A DNA stretch of 64,000 nt from assembly GCA_002269645.1 (NCBI GenBank), contig NIVC01003909.1, positions 6,138 to 70,137 on the forward strand, read 5' to 3'. The notes beneath the pieces were generated by a model, which ran no database searches, was not told where the DNA came from, and saw only the letters and a program-made list of their open reading frames with translations. Position 1 is the stretch's first letter. Each line of letters starts with the position of its first letter. The position numbers were made by a program, and so were the translations under genes. Below are positions 1 to 11,693 of the stretch, piece after piece. This DNA comes from Macrostomum lignano (taxonomy: Eukaryota).

Positions 1-102
1 CCTTGACCCCCAAACACCGACTAGCAAAACAACCCAGTGAGTAAACTCACTTTACAACATTCACCCTCCTTAACAGTCACTAATTCCCTTCACAGCTGGC
101 AA

Positions 103-1374
103 TCAATGCGTCACGACCTGGCCGTACCACAACGGTGGTGCCCGCAGTCGCGTACTGCGCCGCAGCTCCGCGTCGGCCTCAACGGTCGCCGGCGGCGGGT
201 CCGTCGGGCCTTCTGGCGCTGCCGGCTCTGCAGCCACTGGCGGCTGTGGCGGCATTGCCGTTGCCGAAGTCGTGCTGGCACCCTCGGGCTCCGCATGAGG
301 CATACAGAGGCTGGTGTGCCACCTTGAGCCGTCCTCTAACCTGACGATCGTCGGGCTGATGATGTCGCTGACCCGTAGAGGTGGTGACACGTGGCTCTGC
401 AGCTTGCCTCGCATCCGCGGAGATCGCACTCGCACCAGGTCGCCGACCCGGAATTGGCGCGGCGGCTGCCGGGATCTGTTGAGCCGCTTGAACTGCCGTC
501 TTTGCCGCTCCTGGATCTGATCGGCCAGTGGGTGCTCTCGAGTCGCTCGCTTCGGCTGCAGCGTCCACAGCGGCGTGGTGATCTTGCGGCCGAGCATCAG
601 CTCCGCTGGCGTCACGCCGGTCAGCGCATGCGGTGTCGATCGGTACGCCCACAGGATGGACTGCACCGCTTCCAGGAACGAGTAGCCGTCTTGAAGGTGG
701 CTCTTCAAGCCCTCTTTGACTACGCGGTTCAGGCGCTCCACTCCGGAATTTCCTTGAGGGTGGTAGAACGGAGTCTGACGATGATTGATGCCGTACGCCT
801 TTAGGAAGTCGTTGAACTCCTGGGAGATGAACTGGGGTCCTCCATCGGTGGTGATTACGCGCGGAATGCCCCAGCGACAAAACAGCGCCGTGAGACTCTT
901 GATGATAGTCGCAGACGTCGCTGAAGAGAGGCAGACCAGTTCGGGCCACTTTGAATGCAGGTCATGTACACCGAGTATGAAACGGCAGTTCTGTGGTGCA
1001 CCCTCGTGCAGCTCTCCGAACAAGTCGATCTGCAGCTCTGTCCACGGTTCCTTCGGCCACTTGGTCGGGGTCAGCACTGTCCGATGCGGCTTGAAGCTCT
1101 TCTCACTGATGATGCACGCAGAGCAGCTGCTGACGAACCTCTCGATGTCGCTGTCCATTTTGGGCCACCAGGCGGTGTCTCGGCAGTGATGCTTGGTCCT
1201 GCTGACTCCCTTGTGACCTTGATGCGCTAAGTCGAGCACTCGCTGGCGCAGTTCTTCCGGTATGACGGCACGAGTTCCCATGGCCAAGCACCTGCCGTTG
1301 CTCCAAACAGTCAGCTCGTTCCTAACACTCCAGTAGGGCAGCAGGCGCTCATCGAGCTTTTTCTTTCTGGCCAA
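103..1374 (-). CDS. Integrase of Gypsy element 1, in a shifted frame
   Basis: HHCC zinc finger (HQGH...CSAC), DDE triad (QIDLFG, TDGGPQF, GVERLNR), TPHALTGVTPAELMLGR. Frameshift lies in the A-rich tract at ~1358-1370. Confidence 0.9.
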   Translation of the reverse strand: MARKKKLDERLLPYWSVRNELTVWSNGRCLAMGTRAVIPEELRQRVLDLAHQGHKGVSRTKHHCRDTAWWPKMDSDIERFVSSCSACIISEKSFKPHRTVLTPTKWPKEPWTELQIDLFGELHEGAPQNCRFILGVHDLHSKWPELVCLSSATSATIIKSLTALFCRWGIPRVITTDGGPQFISQEFNDFLKAYGINHRQTPFYHPQGNSGVERLNRVVKEGLKSHLQDGYSFLEAVQSILWAYRSTPHALTGVTPAELMLGRKITTPLWTLQPKRATREHPLADQIQERQRRQFKRLNRSRQPPRQFRVGDLVRVRSPRMRGKLQSHVSPPLRVSDIISPTIVRLEDGSRWHTSLCMPHAEPEGASTTSATAMPPQPPVAAEPAAPEGPTDPPPATVEADAELRRSTRLRAPPLWYGQVVTH

Positions 1375-4181
1375 CCGGAAACTGTGAACTCTGCGACTCG
1401 TGCCAGGAGCTCGTCCTTTGACGTTGCCTCCGCCAGCTCGTCCTCGGTGACCACGGTCAGCGCCTCGGCCAGGAGCACTCTTTGGACTTCCAGACCGTCT
1501 GTTTCATCGCCTTCCGTCGGCTCGGCCGTGTCCTGGCAGCGCGACAGAAAGTCGGGCACGATGTTCTTGGCACCCGGGACGTACTTGACGGTGAAGGAGT
1601 AGTTTAACAAACGATCAGCCCAGCGATGCAGTCTGAGTGGCCGGTGTCCGCTCCCAGATGATGACAGCAGCGTGGTGAGAGCCTGGTGATCGGTGTGGAG
1701 CTCGAACCGTCGGCCGTAAAGGAAGAAGTTCCAGCGCTCACAGGCGAAGATGCAGGCCAGGGCTTCCCTCTCGCTCGCCGAGTAGCGGCGCTCCGTAGCA
1801 CTCAGAGTTCGGCTCGCAAAGGCAACCGGGCGCCACTGGCCGTCGGAGTCTTGCTGGAGGAGCATCGCACCGAGAGCTGATGCTGAGCTGTCGCAGCTGA
1901 CGATGATCGGCTGATCTGCGTCGAAAAACTTGAGGCAAGGTGGCTTGCACACTCCTGTCGTCAGCTGCTCAAAAGCCTGCTGGCACTCACTGGTCCACTT
2001 CCACGACTCGTCCTTCCTCAGCAGTTTCATGAGGGGCTCCGCCGTGCTGGAGAGGCTGGGAATGAAGTTGCCGAAGTACTTCACGACGCCTAGAAACGCA
2101 GCCACTTCCTTGGTGTTCGTTGGCGGCTGTACCTTCTCGATAGCTTCGACGTGTGACTGCAACGGGCGGACTCCAGAAGCGCTCAGCTCATAGCCTAGGA
2201 AGTTGACCTTGTCCTGGCGCCAGGTGCACTTGGCCGTATTGATAGTCACGTTGTGCGTCATCAGAGCTTGCAGCACCTTGAACAGGCGCTTGTCGTGCTC
2301 TTCTCTTGATGCCGCGTGCACTACGATGTCGTCAATAAAGTGCACTGCGCCTTTGATGCCACTGAGGATCTTAGCCATCACCTTCTGGAACGCAGCCGGT
2401 GCACTACTCAGGCCGAAGCACACCCTCCGATATCGATATAGGCCTCGCTCCGTCACGAACGTGGTCAGATTTCTGCAGTCCTCAGACAACTCCAGTTGCA
2501 GGTAAGACGAATTCAGGTCCAACTTGGAGAAGCATCGCGACCCGGCAAACTCGGCGGAGAGCTCCTCAAAGGTCGGAAGTGGGTATCTGTCCGGTATGAT
2601 GCTCTTGTTTGGGCCTCTCAGGTCGTTGCAGATCCGGATCGAGCCGTTCGCCTTTGGCACCACGACTAGGTTTGACACCCAGTCTGAGGCGTCGATGATG
2701 CCTTGCTGCAGCAGCTGGTCGATCTCCTTTTGAACCGAATCTCTTAGGCTGAGCGGCACTCTGCGCAACGGTTGAGCAGTCGGTTGCACCGCGGGGTTGA
2801 CTCGCGGCCTGTGCTGAAATCCTTTGATGTGTCCGAGTCCCTGAGTCAACTGGTCGAACCGGCCTGGGATCCAGTCAGGCAGGGCTCTGGTGCCGACTGT
2901 CTGCACTCGCTCACCGTCTGCAGTGACGATCCACAGTCCCAGCTGATCCATGAGGTCGCACCCCAGGATGTCAGATCCGGTATTGACCACGCTAAGGTTG
3001 ACGTAAGGCACTACTTTGTCCTTGAGCTGCACCGAGGTCAGGATGTCACCAAGCACGCCGATCTTGCTGCCGTTGAAAGCGACCAGCTTCCGTGATGACG
3101 CCTGCAGGGGCACGTTGGACAGAAGTCTATTGTACGTCGTCTTGGTGATGATGGAGACTCGCGAACCGGAGTCAACGAGCAGCTTGACAGGCCTCCCGTT
3201 TAGCAGCACTTCGCAGTGCTTGCTTGCTGCCGCAGCTGTCGACACAGTGCAGATGGAGTACTCATCCTGAAGCTGTCGCACTCGGTTGCCGCTCCTGCAG
3301 ACTCTGGCGAAGTGCCCGCGCTTGCCGCAGGACTTGCACTTCTGCCCCTTTGCTGGGCAGGTCTGTCCACCGACATGCGCCGCTGAGCCACAGTAGCCGC
3401 AGCTCCGGCCGTCGGTTGTCGACTTCAGTGCCTCATGCTGTCTTGCCACTGCTCCACTGTTCTTGGCCTTGCTGATCTGCTGGACTCCACACGAGCTGTT
3501 TGGGTCTGTGTGGCTGCCTCCCTTGATGGCCTGGGCCTCCAGCAGTCCAGTTTCCAGTCGCTCCGCCAACTGCACAGCTGTCGCCAAGGTCAGCTCCGGC
3601 TCCATAAGCAGTCGCTCCCTGATGTGGTTGCTGAGCACTTTCTCGACGAGCTGGTCACGCAGCATCTCTTCCTGGAAGGTCTTGAAGTCGCAGTTCGAAG
3701 CCAGGTTTCGCAGCGCGGCAACGAAGTCGCTGATCTTTTCGCTCGGTCGCTGAGCTCTCTGTCGGAATCTGTGCCTCTCAGCAACTACGTTGACTTTGGG
3801 TCCGAAGTGCATGTCCAGGAGCTTCAGCGTGTCATCAACTGTTGATGGCGGTTGCTCTCCTTCCTCCTGATCGCTGCTGGCCTGTAGAGACATGTAGATG
3901 TTTTGTCCCTCTGCACCCAAACAGTGGATGAGCAACGCTTGTTTTCTTTGCTCCGGCAGATCGATGGCTCCCGATGCTAGCAGGTAATTGCTGAACATTG
4001 CTTTCCATCGGTTCCATTCAATCAGCGGTGCTCCAGCGGCTGGCAGAAACGGCTGCGGTGGCGAAATGTTGACACTCATTCTGTTGGCTGCATCTCTGCT
4101 TGACTGTTGGGCTGCTGCTTGTTGGGATCCTCGCTGTGGGTCGCCCATTGCACTTGCATTTGCGCCTTCTGTGCTGCTCAT
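1311..4181 (-). CDS. Gag-Pol polyprotein (gag, protease, RT, RNase H) of Gypsy element 1; frameshifted before integrase
   Basis: Two Cys/His knuckles (CGYCGSAAHVGGQTC, CKSCGKRGHFARVC), protease LVDSGS, RT PDRYPLP / KLDLNSSYLQ / HFIDD, RNase H CDSSASALGA and FELHTDHQAL. Confidence 0.92.
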   Translation of the reverse strand: MSSTEGANASAMGDPQRGSQQAAAQQSSRDAANRMSVNISPPQPFLPAAGAPLIEWNRWKAMFSNYLLASGAIDLPEQRKQALLIHCLGAEGQNIYMSLQASSDQEEGEQPPSTVDDTLKLLDMHFGPKVNVVAERHRFRQRAQRPSEKISDFVAALRNLASNCDFKTFQEEMLRDQLVEKVLSNHIRERLLMEPELTLATAVQLAERLETGLLEAQAIKGGSHTDPNSSCGVQQISKAKNSGAVARQHEALKSTTDGRSCGYCGSAAHVGGQTCPAKGQKCKSCGKRGHFARVCRSGNRVRQLQDEYSICTVSTAAAASKHCEVLLNGRPVKLLVDSGSRVSIITKTTYNRLLSNVPLQASSRKLVAFNGSKIGVLGDILTSVQLKDKVVPYVNLSVVNTGSDILGCDLMDQLGLWIVTADGERVQTVGTRALPDWIPGRFDQLTQGLGHIKGFQHRPRVNPAVQPTAQPLRRVPLSLRDSVQKEIDQLLQQGIIDASDWVSNLVVVPKANGSIRICNDLRGPNKSIIPDRYPLPTFEELSAEFAGSRCFSKLDLNSSYLQLELSEDCRNLTTFVTERGLYRYRRVCFGLSSAPAAFQKVMAKILSGIKGAVHFIDDIVVHAASREEHDKRLFKVLQALMTHNVTINTAKCTWRQDKVNFLGYELSASGVRPLQSHVEAIEKVQPPTNTKEVAAFLGVVKYFGNFIPSLSSTAEPLMKLLRKDESWKWTSECQQAFEQLTTGVCKPPCLKFFDADQPIIVSCDSSASALGAMLLQQDSDGQWRPVAFASRTLSATERRYSASEREALACIFACERWNFFLYGRRFELHTDHQALTTLLSSSGSGHRPLRLHRWADRLLNYSFTVKYVPGAKNIVPDFLSRCQDTAEPTEGDETDGLEVQRVLLAEALTVVTEDELAEATSKDELLARVAEFTVSGWPERKSSMSACCPTGVLGTS

Positions 4182-4261
4182 GACTTGGCAGATTTTAGAG
4201 TTCGCGCTTGTGCTGAATCACGCTGGCCCAAATCAATTGATTTCTCCGCGCGACGCCAAAA

Positions 4262-4459
4262 TGTGGTGAGCGAGAGACAAGTCAGTCAGGTTTAGTCCAA
4301 CAAACAAAATTCAAACCCTCACCCAAAGGGTGGAGCTATTCTTATATTTACTCGAGAACGCATGTACATATACAAACAGAGCGCGCATGTACATCGGATC
4401 CCTTGACCCCCAAACACCGACTAGCAAAACAACCCAGTGAGTAAACTCACTTTACAACA
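4262..4459 (-). repeat. 5' LTR (198 bp) of Gypsy element 1
   Basis: TG...CA termini on the minus strand; repeated at 1-59; PBS immediately internal. Confidence 0.9.
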
Positions 4460-4677
4460 TTCTCCACCCGCCCTCTTCCTCCGCCCTCTTCCTCCACCCT
4501 CTTCTTCCACCCTCTTCCTCCGCCCTCTTCCTGATTCGGTCAGCGGCGGGGCCTTTTTGCACGACCTGGCCCGCGATCTGCGACGCTGTTTTCTCAAGAC
4601 ACATGCACCAAATGTTGTTGTTGGCAGTCATTTTTGTTGTTGGCAGTCATTAAAAGGTCTTCCTTTAGTTCGGATAT

Positions 4678-6231
4678 TGAAACGACAATTTATATGGGTT
4701 TTTCCCATATTATCGTTTCCTTCTGCCAACAGTTCAGGAAGACAACGAACAATGGACCTGATGGTAACTTTCTCTGTGTGATCTCTAGAGTCACATTCTC
4801 AAACTTCAGGCGAGGATCTTTCCTCTTCAATCAGTATATTTTATAAGCTAGCACACTGTACGCGAGCAACGAGGAATAGGAGCAGTAGGGAGAGAGAGTG
4901 GGATTTCGAGGCCCAATAGGCAGTGTCGGTCAGAGGTTGTGCATGCATCACGCGAGGGTCGCATGGCTGGGCTTCTTGCTCGCCGATCATCAGGACTATT
5001 TTTAGGCATGCAGATCTTGTGCATCTGGGGAGTTGCTGCCAAGGCTGGATGCTTGTTCACGCATCACGCGCGTGTCGGCTGATTTCTCCCATCCTCTTGC
5101 TAACGGCGCCTTCGTTTCACTTCAGTCGCTCTTTTTTCAGGGAAGCGAGGCCCTCCGAGCTCTGTTGAAAATAAGCTTGGAGCAATGATGACATGGCGTA
5201 CAGTTGTGCATTTGCTTGCGATACGCAGTCCCACTTAGTAACTTGCAGTTGAGTTGATGTTGTTGAAACACGAAACTTGGTCAAGGGGCAAAGTGAACTT
5301 GTGACAACAGTGGATGAATTGTACCAGCATATCCTCTTGACTATTTAATCAGATCTGAGAGGGGGATTCACGTGAACTCGGAAACTCGACAAATTGAATG
5401 GGCTTTTCATGCCCTAAACAGTGACGCAAATAGGACTGGACACAGAGACTCGACAAATTGAAACAGCGTCTGGTAGACAGTCAGATCAGGATGCTGGCTG
5501 AAGGTACATTGCAGTTAAATAGGACGTTGGAAAAATACCGTCTTGACCAAATTGATTGTGTAGATCTCTCAACGAAAGTTTCTTCTTGGAAGGTTAAACT
5601 GCGTCGCTTCTTGATCTTCGTCCATCGGTCTTGTTTAGTTCGAAGTTTTCCTTTACTGAAGGCAGGAAAGTCTCAGTTCTCGATTTACTCGGATGGCTGT
5701 GGAAGACATGCAGCAGAGCGATAACTGCATGGTGTCTGAGACTTCTGTCTAGCGACGACTCACGCGGTCAGTGGAACCAATTGAAACGAAAAATTATATT
5801 GGTTTTTCCCATATTATAATCGTTTCCTTCTGCCAACAGTTCAGGAAGACAACGAACAATGGACTTGATGGTAACTTTCTCTGTGTGATCTCTAGAGTCA
5901 CATTCTCAAACTTCAGGCGAGGATCTTTCCTCTTCAATCAGTATATTTTATAAGCTAGCACACTGTACGCGAGCAACGAGGAATAGGAGCAGTAGGGAGA
6001 GAGAGTGGGATTTCGAGGCCCAATAGGCAGTGTCGGTCAGAGGTTGTGCATGCATCACGCGAGGGTCGCATGGCTGGGCTTCTTGCTCGCCGATCATCAG
6101 GACTATTTTTAGGCATGCAGATCTTGTGCATCTGGGGAGTTGCTGCCAAGGCTGGATGCTTGTTCACGCATCACGCGCGTGTCGGCTGATTTCTCCCATC
6201 CTCTTGCTAACGGCGCCTTCGTTTCACTTCA
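4678..6231. repeat. Direct repeat pair of ~447 bp (4678-5124 and 5781-6231)
   Basis: Near-identical text at an offset of about 1107 bp; the ORF track shows duplicated ORFs (4848-5060 and 5955-6167). No TG..CA termini seen. Confidence 0.85.
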
Positions 6232-6763
6232 ATATGAAAGTACCTTGACAGTTGCTGGGTTGGCTTAATGAAAATTCCCGCGCAACTTCTTTGTAGAAAG
6301 CGTGAAATTTAGGGAGCCTGAAAGTAGTTCATGACCGAAACATTTCAACTGCGTACAAACAGTTTCTAATGGACTTACAGCAATTATCTTTAAATGAATG
6401 CGTGCGGATTGTCAGAACTTTGTGATTGATGCCAGCCAACTAAAAAGCAACTGAGTGCTTCTAAAAAAAGCAGACGAGTGTTCCCTGTTTGAACCCAGTA
6501 TCCAGGGGCCGAGACAATTAGATGTATCTTGTACCCACGGATGAATAGTATTAATCTAATAGGATTTTTGAATAGGATTATTCACCCATGCTTGTACCAT
6601 GATTTCTTTGATCCCTTTACTTATTTAGTCCAATCGCTCTGATTCCTTTGAAATAAAGAACCTGTACTCGTAGGCCACCTGTTGGTGAGTAACTATTTGA
6701 ACAAAAACCGGTGAGAGCTTGAAGTCCTGGTCCTTTCCCGCACGCTGCAGCTGCTCCTTGCAG

Positions 6764-7163
6764 CAGCCGTGACGTATCCCGCTTTGATGCCGACTCTCGC
6801 CAGCAGAGCTCGACCTTCATCCCATCGTTGGCAACACTAAGCAGCGTTGGCGCTCCGGCAGCTGCTCAGCTACCAGCGTCTCAAGACCCGGCAGCCTGGT
6901 GGCAGGCCGAGCTCGGCTCCCCAGCTCGAGTCGACTTCGTCACACTGTGGAATCGAGCCGACTGCTGCCCGGAGAGGCTGGCGAACTTCCAGCTGCTGAT
7001 GGACGGAGTTCAGTGCGCCAGCTACTCCACAGAGACTCCCGAGTCCGTCTTCAATGTGAGCTGCGGCCTCACTGGCAGAGTGCTGCGGGTTCAGACCCGG
7101 ACTGGATCCGTCCTGACCATCTGCGAGATTCGATTCTTCCAGCTGATGGGTGAGTCGCGCTAG
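6764..7163 (+). pseudogene. F-type lectin copy 1; 5' half degraded and frameshifted
   Basis: The 3' half (WWQAELG...NRADCCPER...LTICEIRFF) is almost identical to copies 2 and 3. The 5' half has indels (e.g. ACCAGCGTCTCAAGACCCG vs ACCAACAGGTCAGACCCG). No clear signal exon found. Confidence 0.75.
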
Positions 7164-7849
7164 TTGCAGATTATCAAGCTTTTCATTTTAACTTTGAATA
7201 AGAAACACGGTGATCATTAAACAAAGAATCTCAGCTGTTCAATTCTCTTTAAGAAACTGGTTAAAACACAGCTGAGTCCACCAGCTTAAATCGCACAAAT
7301 CGAAGGTATAGCAGTGACGTCACCTGTGTACTCCTGGTGTTCGCCTAAAAGACTACTTAAGCCACTCCCTGCGAACTCAGACTGATGGTGAGTTTATGGA
7401 GGTTCATCTGCTTGCATTTCATTTGGCTCCAGAACCTCTTGACGGGTAAGGTTCAGGTGAGCAGTCGTTTTGGGTGCTGTTAGAAGTGCATCAAAGCTTT
7501 CATGTACGTCAGCATGACATGCATGCCAGCAGCTTATGTATTTTAGCATATTCATAGGTGTATTAATTCTGATTTACTATTCTTTATCGACACGATAATA
7601 GTTATTAATGTGAGTCTTGAACTTTTTTAATTCGTGCAGTGATTAGGCTTCACCTTCCAAAGACAACTTGTTATTAGAATGGCGTAAATTCATCAGTCAC
7701 TGGAAAATACTTTTTACTTGTCACTCTATTTGAGTCCATGACACTCATTTTGACACTTATTTTGAGTAGATCAAACTAATTTTCTGAAAGCGATTGTATC
7801 CCACAATCGTATCGTCTGTGGCTGACAAAAATTAGGTCGTAAAATAATG

Positions 7850-9630
7850 GATTCACGATTTCACATGATTACATGATTTTAATCACGATTTTATATGAAC
7901 ACATGATTTCAATCACGATTTCACATGATTACATGATTTTAATCACGATTTTATATGAACACATGATTTCAATCACGATTTCACATGATTACATGATTTC
8001 AATCACGATTTTACATGATTACATGATTTTAATCACGATTTTACATATGATTACATGATTTTATTCACGATTTTACATGATTGCATGATTTTAATCACGA
8101 TTTCACATATGATTACATGATTTTAATCACGATTTTAAATGATTACACGATTTTAATCACGATTTTACATGATTACATGATTTTAATCACGATTTTAAAT
8201 GATTACACGATTTTAATCATGATTTCACATGATTACATGATTTTAATCACGATTTTACATGATTGCATGATTTTAATCACGATTTCACATATGATTACAT
8301 GATTTTAATCATGATTTTACATGATTACATGATTTTAATCACGATTTCACATATGATTACATGATTTTAATCACGATTTTACATATGATTACATGATTTT
8401 AATCACGATTTCACATATGATTACATGATTTTATTCACGATTTTACATGATTGCATGATTTTAATCACGATTTCACATATAATTACATGATTTTAATCAC
8501 GATTTTAAATGATTGCACGATTTTAATCATGATTTCACATGATTACATGATTTTAAACACGATTTTAAATGATTAGACGATTTTAATCACGATTTTACAT
8601 GATTACATAATTTTAATCACGATTTCACATATGATTACATGATTTTAATCACGATTTTACATATGATTACATGATTTTAATCACGATTTCACATATGATT
8701 ACATGATTTTATTCACGATTTTACATGATTGCATGATTTTAATCACGATTTTACATGATTGCCTGATTTTAATCACGATTTCACATTTGATTACACGATT
8801 TTAATCACGATTTTACATGAATACATTATTTTAATCACGATTTTACATTATTACATGATTTTAATCACGATTTTACAATATTACATAATTTTAATCACGA
8901 TTTTGACATGATTACATGATTTTATTCACGATTTCACATATGATTACATGATTTTAATCACGATTTTACATGATTACATGATTTTAATCACGATTTTTGA
9001 ATGATTACACGATTTTACTCACGATTTTAAATGATTACATGATTCTAATCATGATTTCACATGATTACATGATTTTAATCACGATTTCACATGATTACAT
9101 GATTTTAATCACGATTTTGACATGATTACATGATTTTAATCACGATTATAAATGATTACATGATTTTAATCACGATTTTACATTATTACATGATTTTAAT
9201 CACGATTTTACATTATTACCCGATTTTAATCATGATTTCACATGATAACACGATTTTAATCACGATTTCACATGATTACATGATTTTAATGACGATTTCA
9301 CATGAATACATTATTTTAATCACGATTTTAAATGATTACATGATTTTAATCACGATTTTACATGATTACATGATTTTAATCACGATTTTACATGATTACA
9401 TGATTTTAATCACGATTTCACATATGAAAACATGATTTTATTCACGATTTCACACATGATTACATGATTTTAATCACGATTTTACATTATAACATGATTT
9501 TAATCACGATTTTACATGATTACATGATTTTAATCACGATTTCACATTATTACATGATTTTAATCACGATTTTAAATGATTACACGACTTTAATCACGAT
9601 TTTACATGATTACATGATTTTAATCACGAT
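7850..9630. repeat. Minisatellite, ~30-bp unit (GATTTTAATCACGATTTTACATGATTACAT), ~59 copies
   Basis: Tandem periodicity read directly, with 32-bp variants. Confidence 0.95.
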
Positions 9631-9643
9631 TTGGTATCATTGC

Positions 9644-9885
9644 TGAAAGTATTCGGTTGCTACTCATGGGTAGCAAAGCGAACTTCAAACTACAAGCTGT
9701 TTTACAGGACTTACCGCACCCCGAACCAATCAGCACCAGCGAAGAGAGCTGAGCTGCAAGTGGCTCATGTTCTCAATCGAACGGATATATATACATATAT
9801 ATTCACTGCACTGCTCAGTGTGATAATGGATTTCTCGTGAGATTGAGTTTAGATTTTTAATCTTGCTTAGGTAATTTCAAATCAA
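9644..9885 (+). promoter_or_regulatory. Putative promoter and 5' region of lectin copy 2, homologous to 16371-16577
   Basis: Blocks shared with the copy 3 upstream region (TACTCAT..GTAGCAAAGC..AACTACAAGC, ACCAATCAGCACC, TCACTGCAC); CCAAT box at ~9726 and a TA-rich tract at ~9786. Confidence 0.5.
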
Positions 9886-10928
9886 ATGAAGTTTACATTG
9901 ATTGCTTTAATACTACCAGCTGTTTGGTGAGTGCCACAGGTGTGCGATCTGTGCATGCCAACTGTTTGCTGAGATATAAAATCTGCATTAGTAGGGTTGT
10001 TCTGGCCGCTTTTCATGGGGTTTATTCACGTAGTAACAAATTTAAAAGTGGTACAGGTTGCAACTTCTGGTGACAGTCAGACAACTGCTGGTTAGGCTAT
10101 TTCCTATTTAGGCACGTCATTCGGCTGCCCCCTGAGCACCCATACTTACAATTCCTTCGTGCACAGGCGCAAATTTTGCATCTTTCATGTACATACTCTG
10201 TTTTTTATCTCAGTTATCCGTTTGTCTTTATCAAAGCAATTCTGTGCGTCAAACGTCATGTGGCCAAAGCGACGCGGGTTCGAATCTGTGACCTTTTGTT
10301 TCCGAGATCTCAAATGCAAACCCTGCCAGTCAGAAGAAGCCAATTGTCAATTGTCGATTTCAGGCCGCAACTGATGACGCAGCCAGTTGTGCAGCCGCTG
10401 ATGCCAGACTCCTGCCAGCAGAGCTCTGAACATTCGCTTGTCGCCCCCTGCGGCAGGGCCATCGACGGCAGCACAGCGCAGTACTGGGGCTCCGGCAGCT
10501 GCTCAGCTACCAACAGGTCAGACCCGGCAGCCTGGTGGCAGGCCGAGTTCGGCTCCCCAGCTCGAGTCGACTTCGTCACCCTGTGGAATCGAGCCGACTG
10601 CTGCCCGGAGAGGCTGGCGAACTTCCAGCTGCTGATGGACGGAGTTCAGTGCGCCAGCTACTTCACGGAGACTCCCGAGTCCGTCTTCAATGTGAGCTGC
10701 GGTCTCAGCGGCAGGGTGCTGCGGGTTCAGACCCGGACTGGATCGGTCCTGACCATCTGCGAGATTCGCTTCTTCCAGCTGATGGGTGAGCTCACAGTGA
10801 TTCAGTTTGCTTCGGAAATTCTCAAGCATCGAAAACTTTCAAGGAGATGTGGATATCAGGTAGGAGTTTGGGTAAGATGTCAGCATGTACTTTATTCTTT
10901 CATTATATATTTGATTCGCTTGTCATAA
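9886..10928 (+). CDS. Secreted single-domain F-type (fucolectin-like) lectin, copy 2; exons 9886-9926 and 10364-10928 (~201 aa)
   Basis: Exon 1 encodes MKFTLIALILPAV plus TG|GTGAGT (phase 2), matching the phase-2 acceptor TTTCAG|G at 10364. F-type lectin motifs AIDG, WWQAEFG, NRADCCPER, LTICE. A possible donor G|GTGAG at 10785 leaves the C-terminus uncertain. Confidence 0.8.
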
Positions 10929-11693
10929 CTGTTGTAATGCGGTTTCTTTTGTGTTTGACTTGAATTTGCGCTGGTACAAGTATGTTGGCTATGGCTATGG
11001 CTATGGCTATGGCTATGACTACTAGCATTTCGTTCTGCCTTCTTACTTACTTCATTATTTTTATTGGGTTCGCAAATTTTTATTCCCACTTACGATGGTT
11101 TTTGTTCTGTATATCTGCCATAGGCAACTCAATTATGCTGCATTGTGCGTGCCCGTCAGTGGAGTCAGCAGCTCAAATGCTTCTTTCTCAGTCTCCCCTA
11201 GTGGCTGCTACACTTGTAGTTCCGGTCTAAGGGCAGATCGGCAAGTGAATTCGGTCTGTCAAACACTGTTTTTTGTCTTGACTTTGATCTGTTTCTCTCA
11301 CTTTTATGAGGATCATTGCTTTTGTTTTTTACCACTGTCTGCGTTAGCCTACGATACTCTACATCCTCCGCGTGCTGATGGGTGCAGATCAGAAGTGTAG
11401 GACTTTGAGTCCTCTCTCACAGTCTAGCAATTCCCTATCCTCTATATCCCTCCACCCCACGGCGCTGTGTCTATTTAGGTGAATGCCGCGTACAATCTCG
11501 GTTGCAATTGACGAGTAAAATACAAAGAGACTACCGCGACACTGTAGAAAATATAAATTTGCATAGCCTTCTAGTAAGCTTTCTAAGTAGTACGCTCGTA
11601 CGCGTGAAATTTACGAGAATTCTCAATTCTCTGCATTAATAAGTATGAGACATAAGAACATGCTCATGAGTTTAGGAACGGGGATAGGCTAGG

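Larger units (their letters stand above)
1..4459 (-). mobile_element. Ty3/Gypsy LTR retrotransposon (Mag-like), near full length; 3' LTR cut by the window edge
   Basis: 5' LTR 4262-4459 reads TGT...ACA on the minus strand. Bases 4401-4459 are identical to 1-59 (3' LTR). PBS-like TGGCGTCGCG follows the 5' LTR and a purine tract AAGGAGGGTGAA precedes the 3' LTR. Domain order is gag-PR-RT-RH-IN. Confidence 0.95.

Noticed and set aside
179-949. Long alternative-frame and antisense ORFs over retroelements and LARGE (179-949, 25003-25767, 44716-45363, 33838-34479)
   Set aside because: Shadow ORFs of GC-rich coding sequence with no independent motifs.
1350-1380. Programmed ribosomal frameshift between RNase H and integrase
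   Set aside because: Gypsy recoding normally occurs at gag-pol, not inside pol; a 1-nt loss in an A-rich run is simpler.
7873-9646. ORFs such as MILITILHDY... in the 30-bp array; also the repeat ORFs at 11704-12087, 43371-44197, 46865-47237 and 50682-51425
   Set aside because: Translations of stop-free tandem repeats, with no signal of real coding function.
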